Positions 41,108 through 50,944 of a stretch of 64,000 nt of DNA are shown one piece after another. The notes beneath the pieces are model-generated. The model was not told the origin of the DNA. It worked only from the letters and a program-made list of their open reading frames with translations, and did not search any database. The DNA is from an uncultured delta proteobacterium (lineage in GTDB: Bacteria; Desulfobacterota; Syntrophia; Syntrophales; Smithellaceae): positions 384,001-448,000 of the forward strand of contig CAVWEH010000005.1 in assembly GCA_963753975.1 (NCBI GenBank), in the 5' to 3' direction. Positions within the stretch are counted from its first letter, which is position 1, and every line of letters begins with the position of its first letter. A program made the position numbers and the translations under genes.

Positions 41108-42076
41108 ATGATCACTGAAATTCAAACTAACTTTTACCGCATCACTTTGCGTATGCCTTATCGTTTAAGACATGTGCACGCTTATCTTTTGGCTCAGGAT
41201 AAGGAACTGGCGCTGTTTGATACGGGACTCAATATACCCGGCGCTTATGAAACGCTGGAGAAGGACTTGGCGAGCATAGGCTTTAGCATTAACACTATCA
41301 GACATATTTTCTTGACTCATGTGCACACGGATCACTGCAGTATGGCCGGCATCCTGCAAAAAAAGACAGATGCTAAAATTTATCTTTCTGCCGCGGCTTT
41401 CGCAGAATACCAGCATTTTCGTCAGGCGGATTCAGCCGTCAAGCAGGTGAGACATTTCTATGCTCGCCACGGGATGACATCTCACCAAATCGATGCGGTA
41501 ATCGAAGAATATGAAGATATGCGCAGTATCATAACAGAATTTGAGGCAACAGATTTTCTGCAGAAGAACGAACTGCGCGAATTCGGCAATTGGAAGTTTG
41601 AAGTCATTTTTACTCCCGGGCACGCCACCGGGCATGTTTGTTTTTTCTTCAGAAAAGAGGGAATCCTATTGGCCGGTGATCACATTCTGCCTTATATAGC
41701 GCCGAGCCTGAGCCCCAATATTTTTGACGATAATTTCCGTCCGCTGCAAACTTATCTGGATTCCTTAAGCGTCATTGAGAGATTGGCCGGCGTCACGATA
41801 CATCCGGGGCACGGTAGTTCTTTTGGCAGCGTGAGCGAACGTGTATCTGAAATACGCGCTCACCACGCGCAAAGAAAACAGTTGATTTTAGATTCTGTCA
41901 ATGGAATATCGAAAACCACTTATGCAATGGCTAATGAAATCTTTGGTAAGGACATGCCTGATTTCGAAAAATTTATGGCGTTAAACGAGACCCATGTCTA
42001 CTTGCACGAGCTAAAATGTGACGGCGCGATAAGCGAAAAAATTAATGGCGGAGTCTTCGTTTATACCGCCTGTTAA
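41108..42076 (+). CDS. Metallo-beta-lactamase fold hydrolase
   Basis: THVHTDH, TPGHATGH, GDHIL, PGHG. Confidence 0.9.
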   Translation: MITEIQTNFYRITLRMPYRLRHVHAYLLAQDKELALFDTGLNIPGAYETLEKDLASIGFSINTIRHIFLTHVHTDHCSMAGILQKKTDAKIYLSAAAFAEYQHFRQADSAVKQVRHFYARHGMTSHQIDAVIEEYEDMRSIITEFEATDFLQKNELREFGNWKFEVIFTPGHATGHVCFFFRKEGILLAGDHILPYIAPSLSPNIFDDNFRPLQTYLDSLSVIERLAGVTIHPGHGSSFGSVSERVSEIRAHHAQRKQLILDSVNGISKTTYAMANEIFGKDMPDFEKFMALNETHVYLHELKCDGAISEKINGGVFVYTAC

Positions 42077-42088
42077 GATGAGGTTATT

Positions 42089-43675
42089 TTGAGCAAACTT
42101 CTGCAAAGAGAAATAGAACGCCGCCGGACTTTCGGCATTATCAGCCATCCCGACGCCGGGAAAACCACACTCACGGAGAAGCTTCTGCTTTTCGGTGGGG
42201 CGATCCAACTGGCTGGCGCGGTCAAAGCCCGTAAGGCGTCGAAACACGCGTTGAGCGATTGGATGGCTATCGAAAAGGAACGCGGTATTTCGGTAACTTC
42301 ATCGGTCATGAAATTTGAATATACCGGCTGTGAAATAAACCTTCTGGATACGCCCGGCCATCAGGATTTTTCGGAAGATACTTACCGCGTGCTCACCGCA
42401 GTGGATAGCGCGCTAATGGTGATCGACGGCGCGAAAGGTGTGGAGACGCAAACACAAAAGCTCATGGAAGTTTGTCGCTTGCGCAACACCCCGATCATAA
42501 CTTTCATTAATAAGCTCGATCGTGATTGCCTGCCGCCGCTGGAAATTCTGGCGGACATTGAAGATAAGCTGCAAATCGAATGCACACCCTTATCCTGGCC
42601 CATCGGTATGGGCAAGCGCTTCAAAGGTGTCTACAATCTCTACGATAAAAAATTACATTTGTTCGCACCGGGAAAAGCAAAGCGCTCGGAGGAAGGAGTC
42701 ATTATCAACGATTTATCCGATCCTTTGCTTGATGAACTGCTGGAGAGCCAGGCCGCCGAACTGCGTGAAGAAATCGCCTTGCTGGAAGGGGCGGCTAATC
42801 CCTTTGACCTCAAGGAATATTTAAAGGCCGGTCAGTCGCCTGTTTTCTTCGGGAGCGCCATCAACAATTTCGGTGTGAAGGAACTCTTGGACGCTTTCAT
42901 AGAAATCGCTCCGCCTCCCATTGCCCATCCCACCAGGACCAGAGAAGTTAAACCGGACGAAGATGATTTTTCCGGCTTTGTCTTCAAAATACAAGCCAAT
43001 ATGGATCCAGCTCACCGTGACCGCATTGCCTTCATGCGCATCTGCTCCGGCAAATTCCGGCGCGGAATGCATGTAATCCATCACCGTATCGGTAAGGAAG
43101 TTTCTTTAGCCAATGCCACAATTTTCATGGCGCAGGACCGGACAAATGTAGAGGAAGCCTACCCCGGCGATATTATCGGCATCCATAATCATGGAACAAT
43201 TAAAATCGGCGACACTTTTACGCAAAAAGAACCACTCAAGTTTACCGGCATCCCGCACTTTGCCCCGGAACATTTCTGCCGCGTTCGGCTCAAAGACCCG
43301 CTAAGAATAAAACACCTGCAGAAAGGATTGATTCAGCTTTCCGAAGAGGGCGCGATTCAGGTTTTTAAACCTCTGTGGGGCTCGGATAATATCCTGGGCG
43401 CGGTAGGCGCTTTGCAATTCGATGTCACGATGGCACGCCTTAAAGACGAATACAGTGTTTATGCCGACTACGAAAAAACCGATTATGCCGCCGCCCGCTG
43501 GGTCACCTGTGACGATGCTAAAGTAATGGAAGACTTTCAAAAGAAGAATTCGACAAATGTTGCCCTAGATACGGAAGGAAACCTTGTTTATCTGGCCTTA
43601 AGCGAATGGCGCTTGTCCCACACCATGGAAGAATGGCCGTTAATTCAATTCCATAAAACGATGGAAAAAAGCTGA
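42089..43675 (+). CDS. prfC: Peptide chain release factor 3
   Basis: [47 protein letters not shown]. Confidence 0.97.
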   Translation: MSKLLQREIERRRTFGIISHPDAGKTTLTEKLLLFGGAIQLAGAVKARKASKHALSDWMAIEKERGISVTSSVMKFEYTGCEINLLDTPGHQDFSEDTYRVLTAVDSALMVIDGAKGVETQTQKLMEVCRLRNTPIITFINKLDRDCLPPLEILADIEDKLQIECTPLSWPIGMGKRFKGVYNLYDKKLHLFAPGKAKRSEEGVIINDLSDPLLDELLESQAAELREEIALLEGAANPFDLKEYLKAGQSPVFFGSAINNFGVKELLDAFIEIAPPPIAHPTRTREVKPDEDDFSGFVFKIQANMDPAHRDRIAFMRICSGKFRRGMHVIHHRIGKEVSLANATIFMAQDRTNVEEAYPGDIIGIHNHGTIKIGDTFTQKEPLKFTGIPHFAPEHFCRVRLKDPLRIKHLQKGLIQLSEEGAIQVFKPLWGSDNILGAVGALQFDVTMARLKDEYSVYADYEKTDYAAARWVTCDDAKVMEDFQKKNSTNVALDTEGNLVYLALSEWRLSHTMEEWPLIQFHKTMEKS

Positions 43676-43698
43676 TATTACAAATAGCATTTTTCTTT

Positions 43699-43890
43699 TC
43701 ATTTCGTCGGTTTCAATCTTTTATCCATTCCCGTAAAACCACAATCCGGTTCGTAGCAGGTAACATTGAGAAACTCGCATTTCTGTTTACAGACGGGGCA
43801 AACCTCCGGCGATTTTATTTCTACCACTGTATTGCCGCAATTGCTGCATTTCCATGTATTTTCGGGAACGGTTGGCTTATTGTCTGTCAT
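43699..43890 (-). CDS. Small rubredoxin-like protein
   Basis: WKCSNCG...PEVCPVC plus additional Cys (CEF, CYEPDC); SD AAAGGAG. Confidence 0.75.
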   Translation of the reverse strand: MTDNKPTVPENTWKCSNCGNTVVEIKSPEVCPVCKQKCEFLNVTCYEPDCGFTGMDKRLKPTK

Positions 43891-44019
43891 ATCAATATCT
43901 CCTTTCGGAAATTATGAACGAATTTAGCACAAAAACAATATCCGTTGTGAAGATTTTTTGCTCTTGTAATTAATCATTACTTTCGGTAAATGAACATACT
44001 CTTTCTAGTTAGGTAAATC

Positions 44020-44436
44020 ATGGCAAAAAGCACAAAAAATAATGACCTGAGCGGGTTGACTCTTTTGGGCAAACCAAGCAAGCCTACGCGCAAGCTGGAG
44101 ACATTTCCCAATCGCCATCCCAAGCGCGATTACGTAATTACCTTGCAAACCGAAGAATTTACCTGTGTCTGTCCCAAGACTGGTCAGCCGGATTTCGCCA
44201 AAATCAAAATCCAATACATTCCGGATCAAAAAATCATTGAGTCCAAATCTCTAAAATTGTATCTATGGTCTTTCCGCAATGAAGGCGTCTTCCACGAACA
44301 CGTCACCAATATAATTCTCGATGATTTGGTTGCAGCCCTTAAACCGCGCTGGTGCAAAGTCAGCGCGGAATTTGCCGTTCGCGGAGGCATTGGAATTACC
44401 GTCGACGCTGAATTCGGCAGCGAGTGTTCCCCGTAG
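44020..44436 (+). CDS. queF: NADPH-dependent 7-cyano-7-deazaguanine (preQ0) reductase, type I
   Basis: [30 protein letters not shown]; the last residues come from an inserted element. Confidence 0.95.
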   Translation: MAKSTKNNDLSGLTLLGKPSKPTRKLETFPNRHPKRDYVITLQTEEFTCVCPKTGQPDFAKIKIQYIPDQKIIESKSLKLYLWSFRNEGVFHEHVTNIILDDLVAALKPRWCKVSAEFAVRGGIGITVDAEFGSECSP

Positions 44437-44523
44437 CGTGCTACGGGATAAGCGAGCGAATATTGGATGATATCGTTCCCTAAGAATCGAAGCTTCGCCG
44501 CGGTTTACCGCGGAGAGCTTCAA
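44413..44523 (+). mobile_element. Non-autonomous IS200/IS605-like palindromic element, copy 2, in the queF 3' end
   Basis: TGAA|TTCGGCAGCGAG...GAAGCTTCGCCGCGGTTTACCGCGGAGAGCTTCAA|TACAAAAAGTAA; homologous to 3449-3560. Confidence 0.72.
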
Positions 44524-44562
44524 TACAAAAAGTAACGGCCACGTAAAAGGATATGTTTCTCG

Positions 44563-45282
44563 ATGGAAGAAACTAGTAAGGATAAAACCCGCCTCCGCTT
44601 ATTGCCTTTGATTTCGGCCATATTTGTCACAACTCTCGTTATTTCCAATATTATCGCCGTCAAGCTCGTTTCCGTGGGCGGTTTAATCATGCCCGCCGCA
44701 ATTTTTATTTTCCCCATCTCTTACATCTTCGGCGATATTCTGACGGAAGTTTACGGCTACGCCCGCTCCCGCCAAGTTATCTGGACAGGCTTTTTCTGCA
44801 ACTTGCTGGCTGTCGCGGCAATCTGGGTGAGCATTAATCTCCCCGCCGCTCCGGTATGGAATTTGGGAGCTTTTGAATCCTCGACAGCGGCGCAAAAAGC
44901 TTATGCAGCAATATTTAGCTTTACGCCGCGGATTTTGATTGCATCACTCGCCGCTTATCTCTTCGGTGAATTTATTAATTCCTTTGTGCTGGCCAAAATG
45001 AAGATAGCAACCAGCGGCAAACATCTCTGGACACGCCTAATAGGCTCGACTTTGCTGGGACAATTGGCCGATTCCGGTATTTTTATCACTCTGGCTTTTT
45101 ATGGGACAATACCAACAGCGATTTTGGGACAGATAATTTTGACCCAATGGATTATAAAATCGGCTTACGAGACTTTGGCCACGCCTTTTACTTACCTGAT
45201 TGTCAATTTCTTGAAGAAAAAGGAAAAAGAAGATTATTACGATTATAAAACAAATTTCAATCCGCTCATGTGGAAGGAATAA
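44563..45282 (+). CDS. yhhQ: Queuosine precursor transporter (VUT/YhhQ family)
   Basis: SNIIAVK, FPISYIFGDILTEVYG, RILIASLAAY, RLIGST..GQLADS; adjacent to queF. Confidence 0.9.
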   Translation: MEETSKDKTRLRLLPLISAIFVTTLVISNIIAVKLVSVGGLIMPAAIFIFPISYIFGDILTEVYGYARSRQVIWTGFFCNLLAVAAIWVSINLPAAPVWNLGAFESSTAAQKAYAAIFSFTPRILIASLAAYLFGEFINSFVLAKMKIATSGKHLWTRLIGSTLLGQLADSGIFITLAFYGTIPTAILGQIILTQWIIKSAYETLATPFTYLIVNFLKKKEKEDYYDYKTNFNPLMWKE

Positions 45283-45294
45283 ATATACGGATAG

Positions 45295-45339
45295 CCGGCA
45301 AAATCTTTGCAGAGCTATCATGCGGAGATAAAATAGATT
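45295..45339 (+). repeat. Partial copy of the accessory-gene direct repeat
   Basis: CAAAATCTTTGCAGAGCTATC...ATAAAATAGATT shared with about 46650-46690. Confidence 0.7.
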
Positions 45340-45567
45340 CTTTATTAGAACTGAAAGAATCCATGCGCGAACGTTATGTTGATCCATATAAAATCCCATC
45401 GGAAAAATAAAAAATCAATTTGATAATATTTACAAATTAAATTGCTGGTTATATATTATAGCTTGCTTTCTTGGCGTGTTACTTAGCCCAACATTGTTGG
45501 ACTAAATAGATATTTCAATCATGATCGGCAAATAAATCGTCGTGCTTCTAATCCTGAAAGGTGCGAT

Positions 45568-46596
45568 ATGGCTACAGAGACAGGCGGAGTTCCTGATAAA
45601 TTAACAATACATTCCTTGCGGAAAACATTATCGCAGTATGCCCAATCGGACAGACGGAAGGCGATTTTCCAACTGATCAACACCTTTATCCCCTACATTG
45701 CGTTCTGGGTTATCCTTGTTTACCTGATAAGCCAAAAGTATCCCTTTCCACTGATTTCCTTCCTCATGTTTATCTCATCACTTTTTCTGGTGCGCATATT
45801 TATTTTTTTGCACGACTGCGCACACAGTTCTTTTTTTGCCTCACATTGGGCCAATACGATCCTTGGTTATCTGTCAGGTATTTTGACCTTTACACCCTTT
45901 ACCTTCTGGCAGCACAAACACCTCTTGCATCACGGAACATATGCGGATCTGGATCATAAGGGTGTCGGGGATATCTGGACATTGACAGTTAAGGAGTATC
46001 TGGCGTCTTCCAAAATGAAGCGAACGGTCTATAGACTCTATCGTAATCCTTTCGTTTTCCTCGTCATCGGCCCGACCTACACTTTTTTGCTTGCCCAGCG
46101 CTTCATGCACAGTTGGGTAGCGAAGAAGGAACGCAACAGCGCGGCTATTACTAATCTGGGTATTGTAGCAATCATTTGGGCAGCCAGTCTGACGATCGGG
46201 GTTAAAACCTATCTGATTATTCAACTACCGATAATGCTGATTGCCGGGGCCATCGGCGTGTGGCTTTTTTACGTCCAGCATCAATTCGAGGGAGTGTATT
46301 GGTCTCATCACGAGAATTGGGACCCGCTGAAGGCCGCACTGAAAGGAAGCTCTTATTACAAGCTGCCAAAAGTCCTTCAGTGGTTTTCAGGCAATATAGG
46401 CCTGCATCATGTGCACCATGTTCTGCCCCGAATTCCGAACTATAAACTACAACAAAGCTACGATGAATCACCAATTTTGCAGACTGTGACGCCCCTGACC
46501 ATCCGCAAAAGCCTCAAGTCCTTTTCTTTGAACTTGTGGGATGATCGGCAGCAGAAGCTTGTAAGTTTTAAATCCTTGAAGGAGCCGGCGCACTAA
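45568..46596 (+). CDS. Membrane fatty acid desaturase
   Basis: Three His boxes HDCAH, HLLHH, HHVHH; FYVQHQFE; RIPNY. Confidence 0.9.
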   Translation: MATETGGVPDKLTIHSLRKTLSQYAQSDRRKAIFQLINTFIPYIAFWVILVYLISQKYPFPLISFLMFISSLFLVRIFIFLHDCAHSSFFASHWANTILGYLSGILTFTPFTFWQHKHLLHHGTYADLDHKGVGDIWTLTVKEYLASSKMKRTVYRLYRNPFVFLVIGPTYTFLLAQRFMHSWVAKKERNSAAITNLGIVAIIWAASLTIGVKTYLIIQLPIMLIAGAIGVWLFYVQHQFEGVYWSHHENWDPLKAALKGSSYYKLPKVLQWFSGNIGLHHVHHVLPRIPNYKLQQSYDESPILQTVTPLTIRKSLKSFSLNLWDDRQQKLVSFKSLKEPAH

Positions 46597-46690
46597 GCCA
46601 TTTTGTCATCGGCAAAAAAATATTTATCCGACCGAAAGGCCCTTCCGGACAAAATCTTTGCAGAGCTATCGCGTGGAAATAAAATAGATT
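46564..46690 (+). repeat. Direct repeat of about 125 bp (desaturase 3' end and downstream)
   Basis: Aligns by eye with about 48071-48190. Confidence 0.7.
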
Positions 46691-46831
46691 GCTTTTTTCC
46701 ATAATAACCATTTGATTTTCGATGAAAAACTGGTAGAAAATATATCACTTCAAAAATCGATTTAGCATCAGACACGTATTTTAAACATTACGCATATTTA
46801 TTGTTAGCCGTTAACTTCAGAGGAGGTCTTT

Positions 46832-48067
46832 ATGGAAAGTTTGCAGGACATTAAGGCACGCTACGATTCACTGAAAGGCCTTGGTCTTAAATTGAATATA
46901 GAGCGCGGCCAACCGGGGGACGACAATTTCGATCTATCCAACGCCCTTCTTTCCATTGTGACGGAAAAAGATGTTAAGACCCAAAGCGGTTTCGACATCC
47001 GCAATTACCCGGGAGGAGTTTTAGGCCTGCCGGAAGCACGCAAGTTATGTGCTGAAATCCTGGGCGCAAAGCCTGAAGAAACCATGGTCGGCAACAATGC
47101 CAGTCTCATGATTCTCTCCAATGTACTCATGTGGGCGTTACTTCGAGGCCTGGTCGGAAGCCCTGTTCCGTGGAGTAAAGTCGATAAGCCGAAGATGATA
47201 GTCGCTGTCCCCGGTTATGACCGGCATTTCACGCTCCTTGCGGAAATGGGCTTTGAGATGATCCAGGTTAAAATGACCAAGGACGGGCCTGATATGGCAC
47301 AAGTCGAGAAAGTTGCATTAGCAGACCCGAAAGTTATAGGGATTCTTTTTGTCCCCACTTATTCCAATCCAACCGGAGATACGGTTTCCGATGAAACGGT
47401 AACGCGTTTGGCCAAAATGAAAACTGCAGCAGCAGATTTTACTATTTTTGCCGATGAAGCTTATCTGGTCCATCACTTGGTTGAAAAACCCAAACAGCAC
47501 AAAAATTTGCTTATCGCCTGCAAGGAAGCAGGAAACCCCAACAGGGTATATCTTTTCAGCTCGACATCAAAAATAACTTTTTCCGGTGCCGGCCTCGGGT
47601 TCATGGCTACAAGCGTGGAGAACATGACCTATATTTCTAAACTCTTCGGAACAATGTTCATTGGCCCCAACAAGGTGGAACAGTTGCGTCATGTGAAATT
47701 CTTGAATGCGTTTCCGGGCGGCGTAAGCGGTCTCATGAAGGAACACGCTAAACTCCTGAAACCGAAATTCGACGCTGTGCAAAAGGTGCTTGCAAAAGAA
47801 CTCGGAAGTACGGGACTCGCAACATGGAGCAATCCCGCAGGCGGTTATTTCGTGAGCCTCGATACAGCCAAACCTATCGCCAAGCGCGTTGTGACACTCG
47901 CCAAGGAAGCAGGCGTGGCTATAACGCCGGCTGGAGCGACATTTCCCTTCGGCAAAGACCCAAACGATGCGAATATCCGGATATCACCTACACGGCCGCC
48001 GATCACAGAACTGGAAAAAGCCATAGAGGTGCTTGCTGTTTGTATCAAACTTGCGTCAGCGGAATAA
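46832..48067 (+). CDS. PLP-dependent aminotransferase, class I/II (actinobacterial-type AspAT-like)
   Basis: LNIERGQP, RNYPGG, PGYDRHF, VPTYSNPTG, STSKIT (PLP Lys), GGYFVSL, GATFPFGKDP. Confidence 0.85.
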   Translation: MESLQDIKARYDSLKGLGLKLNIERGQPGDDNFDLSNALLSIVTEKDVKTQSGFDIRNYPGGVLGLPEARKLCAEILGAKPEETMVGNNASLMILSNVLMWALLRGLVGSPVPWSKVDKPKMIVAVPGYDRHFTLLAEMGFEMIQVKMTKDGPDMAQVEKVALADPKVIGILFVPTYSNPTGDTVSDETVTRLAKMKTAAADFTIFADEAYLVHHLVEKPKQHKNLLIACKEAGNPNRVYLFSSTSKITFSGAGLGFMATSVENMTYISKLFGTMFIGPNKVEQLRHVKFLNAFPGGVSGLMKEHAKLLKPKFDAVQKVLAKELGSTGLATWSNPAGGYFVSLDTAKPIAKRVVTLAKEAGVAITPAGATFPFGKDPNDANIRISPTRPPITELEKAIEVLAVCIKLASAE

Positions 48068-48070
48068 AGC

Positions 48071-48190
48071 AGCTTTAAATACGGCAGGAGTCGGTGCACT
48101 AAGCAATTTTGACATTCGCAAAAAAATATTTGCCCGACGTAAGGACGCTCCGGGCAAAATGGCTAAAAAGCTATCACGCAGAAACAAAAG
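48071..48190 (+). repeat. Direct repeat copy downstream of the aminotransferase
   Basis: GGAGTCGGTGCACTAAGCAATTTTGACATTCGCAAAAAAATATTTGCCCG...CGGGCAAAAT...AGCTATC; degenerate copy of 46564-46690. Confidence 0.7.
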
Positions 48191-48314
48191 AAAATTGAAC
48201 CTCTAATGTCATTCCGGCGTAGGCAGTGAATCCAGTAAAATAATCTAATCGTACTGATAATTTTCTCTTCTCATCTTGCCCTAAATAAAGTAGTATTAAT
48301 GTAAGGAGAAAAAC

Positions 48315-48914
48315 ATGTTATTTTTAAAACTGATTATGGCGTTCGCGCCATGGCTGGCATTTCTTTTCATTGCCCACGGCAGCCTATTTCGCCTCAAACT
48401 CGGATTGATCATCGCCCTGGTTTTAAGCATTGGAATGGGTATTGCCCGGCTGCACCGGGGTGTCATTTTATGGGTAGGGTTGGTCTTCTTTACGTGCGCT
48501 ACGCTCGCCGTGGTTATTTTCAATAATATGTGGGCTGTAAAATACATGGGGATCATCGCCTCGGGGGTTCTGGCTACCGCTACTTGGCTGACCGTAATTT
48601 TCAGGAAACCATTTACGATGGATTACGCCAAAGAACACACCGACCCGTCACTATGGAATAGTCCGATGTTTATCAGGACAAACATCATCCTAACTTCGGC
48701 CTGGGGCCTGACCTTCGCGATCAACGCCATTTTGGCCTGGGGCAAGATGGAACGTTTTATCCTGTCTGAACTTGGTTACGAAATTACCAGCTACACCCTG
48801 ATGATTGGAACCGCCGCCTTCACGAGTTGGTATCCGGGTTACATCCGACAAAAAGCCGGAGACCTTGCACATAATGCCCCGATAACCGAAGTCGAAAATG
48901 AGCTTATCAATTAA
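48315..48914 (+). CDS. Hypothetical integral membrane protein
   Basis: SD AAGGAG; about 6 TM; PFTMDYAKE...W...F..TN.ILT..W motif. Confidence 0.75.
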   Translation: MLFLKLIMAFAPWLAFLFIAHGSLFRLKLGLIIALVLSIGMGIARLHRGVILWVGLVFFTCATLAVVIFNNMWAVKYMGIIASGVLATATWLTVIFRKPFTMDYAKEHTDPSLWNSPMFIRTNIILTSAWGLTFAINAILAWGKMERFILSELGYEITSYTLMIGTAAFTSWYPGYIRQKAGDLAHNAPITEVENELIN

Positions 48915-49017
48915 TTTAAAGGAAGGGGGCACACACGCCTTCCCGTGTGCTTTGACATAAAAAAATAGCATCACATTATCAATGGATATTGAAATATAGT
49001 GAAATATGTAGATAAAA

Positions 49018-49072
49018 ATCTAACAAGGCAATCCAGCCGATCGCTACGCTCCGGCTGATTTTTTCGTTAGAC
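49018..49072 (+). other. Isolated attC site
   Basis: ATCTAAC-AAGGC-AATCCAGCCG-ATCGCTACGCT-CCGGCTGATT-TTTTC-GTTAGAC: canonical R''/L''/L'/R' with one extra base in L''. Confidence 0.78.
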
Positions 49073-49082
49073 ACACAAAAAC

Positions 49083-49412
49083 TCAACCTCGTTCCAAAAA
49101 TCCAAACTCCTGCAAAATTTCTCTCGCCCGCTCAGCTTCATCAGCTTTCACGAGCAGTCGAGCGTAAGCTCCCGCTGCTATAAGCATGACAGAGCTTTCC
49201 CCCTGAAAAAAATAAGTGATTCCTTCGCCGTCAAGGATGGATTTTATAAAAGCAATATCGCCCTGCTGGTACGTGGAGAAAACCTCCACAAACTCTACAT
49301 CGTCGAATTCATTAACCGGTTCAGGCGGCAGCGCGCCGACCAGATCAACACCACAATCAGCGCACGTTAGAAAGCCTTCTCTATATTCACTTTTACATTG
49401 GGGACAAAACAT
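49083..49412 (-). CDS. Zinc-ribbon plus DUF2007-like protein
   Basis: MFCPQCKSEYREGFLTCADCGVDLV, IKSILDGEGI, AERAREIL. Confidence 0.78.
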   Translation of the reverse strand: MFCPQCKSEYREGFLTCADCGVDLVGALPPEPVNEFDDVEFVEVFSTYQQGDIAFIKSILDGEGITYFFQGESSVMLIAAGAYARLLVKADEAERAREILQEFGFLERG

Positions 49413-49423
49413 TGCAGATTTCC

Positions 49424-49996
49424 TTATTTCGCGAGCTTTATAAAAACCACCGGTTCATCCCAGAGGAAGAATGATTTATCGGATGACTCGACCAGGTTTA
49501 TTATATTTTTCGCGCTGTCGGTAATAACCACTGTGGATGTATCAAATGATAGTTTTCCGTCTTCCTGCTTTTTCTTTTCCATCATTCCTTTGATTTTGCG
49601 GCCTTTTATTGCTTGGGTGAAAGCATCATTGGAAGCGTGCCAAAAAATGAGTTTATGATCGCTTATGCCAATTCTCCCCCAAATATATTCAATATCTTTG
49701 CTATCGTTCTCCGGCAGGATATTGAAATACAGCCAGGAATTGCCTTTCATGATTTTCAGCTTTAATGTTTCAATTTTTTCTTTATCTTCCAGAAAAATAA
49801 TTTTTATAATTCCTTTTTCCGGATCAATTGCTTTGATGAGTATAGCGCCTTCATCATTTATCCAGGTGCCGTCTATCTTTTGCGCATCCAACTTGAATTC
49901 CTGCAATCCGACGATATTTTTCGAAACGACGGGACACCCGGTGAGCATTGACAAAATGAAGATTAAGAAAAGTATTTTTACTCTTTTCATGATCAT
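49424..49996 (-). CDS. Hypothetical lipoprotein
   Basis: Lipobox MLTGC after a hydrophobic signal. Confidence 0.7.
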   Translation of the reverse strand: MIMKRVKILFLIFILSMLTGCPVVSKNIVGLQEFKLDAQKIDGTWINDEGAILIKAIDPEKGIIKIIFLEDKEKIETLKLKIMKGNSWLYFNILPENDSKDIEYIWGRIGISDHKLIFWHASNDAFTQAIKGRKIKGMMEKKKQEDGKLSFDTSTVVITDSAKNIINLVESSDKSFFLWDEPVVFIKLAK

Positions 49997-50005
49997 ACTC
50001 CTTTT

Positions 50006-50518
50006 TTATTTTATCCCAACCGATTGGCTTCGTCGTTCCAAGAGAATAACATTACGCCATATCCCGGCAAGAGGGCCGTGCGTCATCTTGCCTAACCGCT
50101 CGCGCCGGCCTACTTCACGAAACCCCTGTTTCTTGACAAGAGCCAGACTTGCTTTGTTTTCGGGGAATATCCCGCCTTGCAAAGTCCATATGCCAGATCT
50201 TTCAGAGGCGCCGATCAAAGCGGCCAAAAGCGCGGCTCCTATACCTTGACGGCGCTCATTGGCACGGACGTACAAACTGACTTCCGCCACGCCCGAATAT
50301 ACACGGCGTCCGGAAACCGGGCTCAAGGCAGCCCATCCTATTATGGTATCTCCATCTCTTGCTACCAATCGGCAATCGAGCAGATGGGCCATATTCCATT
50401 TTCCCCAGTCAGAAGTATCCGCTTCAAACGTCGCATGCCCGGTGGCAATCCCCTCTTGATATATACTACGAACCTGCTCCCAATCGTCAGGCAGCATCTT
50501 ATCAATTGCATAGTCCAT
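50006..50518 (-). CDS. GNAT N-acetyltransferase (phosphinothricin acetyltransferase-like)
   Basis: IYQEGIATGHATFE, RRQGIG, IFPENKASL, GFREVG, WRNV. Confidence 0.9.
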   Translation of the reverse strand: MDYAIDKMLPDDWEQVRSIYQEGIATGHATFEADTSDWGKWNMAHLLDCRLVARDGDTIIGWAALSPVSGRRVYSGVAEVSLYVRANERRQGIGAALLAALIGASERSGIWTLQGGIFPENKASLALVKKQGFREVGRRERLGKMTHGPLAGIWRNVILLERRSQSVGIK

Positions 50519-50547
50519 GACTGTTCACCCCCTAACTCTTGTGAATA

Positions 50548-50940
50548 TCATTCGACCTTCGCGCCTCGCTCTAAAAGCAGCGCGCGGAGCACCGATCTAT
50601 GACAATGTTGTTCTTCGGCGCAATAACAGCCGATAGAAAAATTGGTTTGGTGAGAGAGAGCCGCAAGCAAATCCAGTGTTCTGCTATTCTCCGGGCTCGC
50701 CATCTCGGTACGGAATCTTCGCAGGAATGTTTTCCACTCGTTTTCAGTCTTAGCATTTTGTCCCAGTTTCAACGTTTGCGTACTGGGCGAAAGGTTGGGA
50801 AACCACGCATCATACCAGTTTTGAGCAGAATACTCGCTTTTAAGCACGCCGCGGGGCGGACGCCTGACCGTTCCGATGCGAATACCTTCATTGGGTAATC
50901 TTTTCGTTCCCAGACGAACTATATGTATCGTCATACTCAA
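50548..50940 (-). CDS. DUF488 family protein
   Basis: RIGTVRRPPRGV, WFPNLSPS, CYCAEEQHCHRSVL. Confidence 0.82.
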   Translation of the reverse strand: MSMTIHIVRLGTKRLPNEGIRIGTVRRPPRGVLKSEYSAQNWYDAWFPNLSPSTQTLKLGQNAKTENEWKTFLRRFRTEMASPENSRTLDLLAALSHQTNFSIGCYCAEEQHCHRSVLRALLLERGAKVE

Positions 50941-50944
50941 CTCC

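Noticed and set aside
44437..44562. preQ1 riboswitch between queF and yhhQ
   Set aside because: The hairpins are explained by the mobile element also found at 3449-3560; no preQ1 consensus recognised.
46610..46660. c-di-GMP-I riboswitch (GGCAAA...CCGAAAGG)
   Set aside because: Spacing and the second stem do not fit; the sequence belongs to the local direct repeat.
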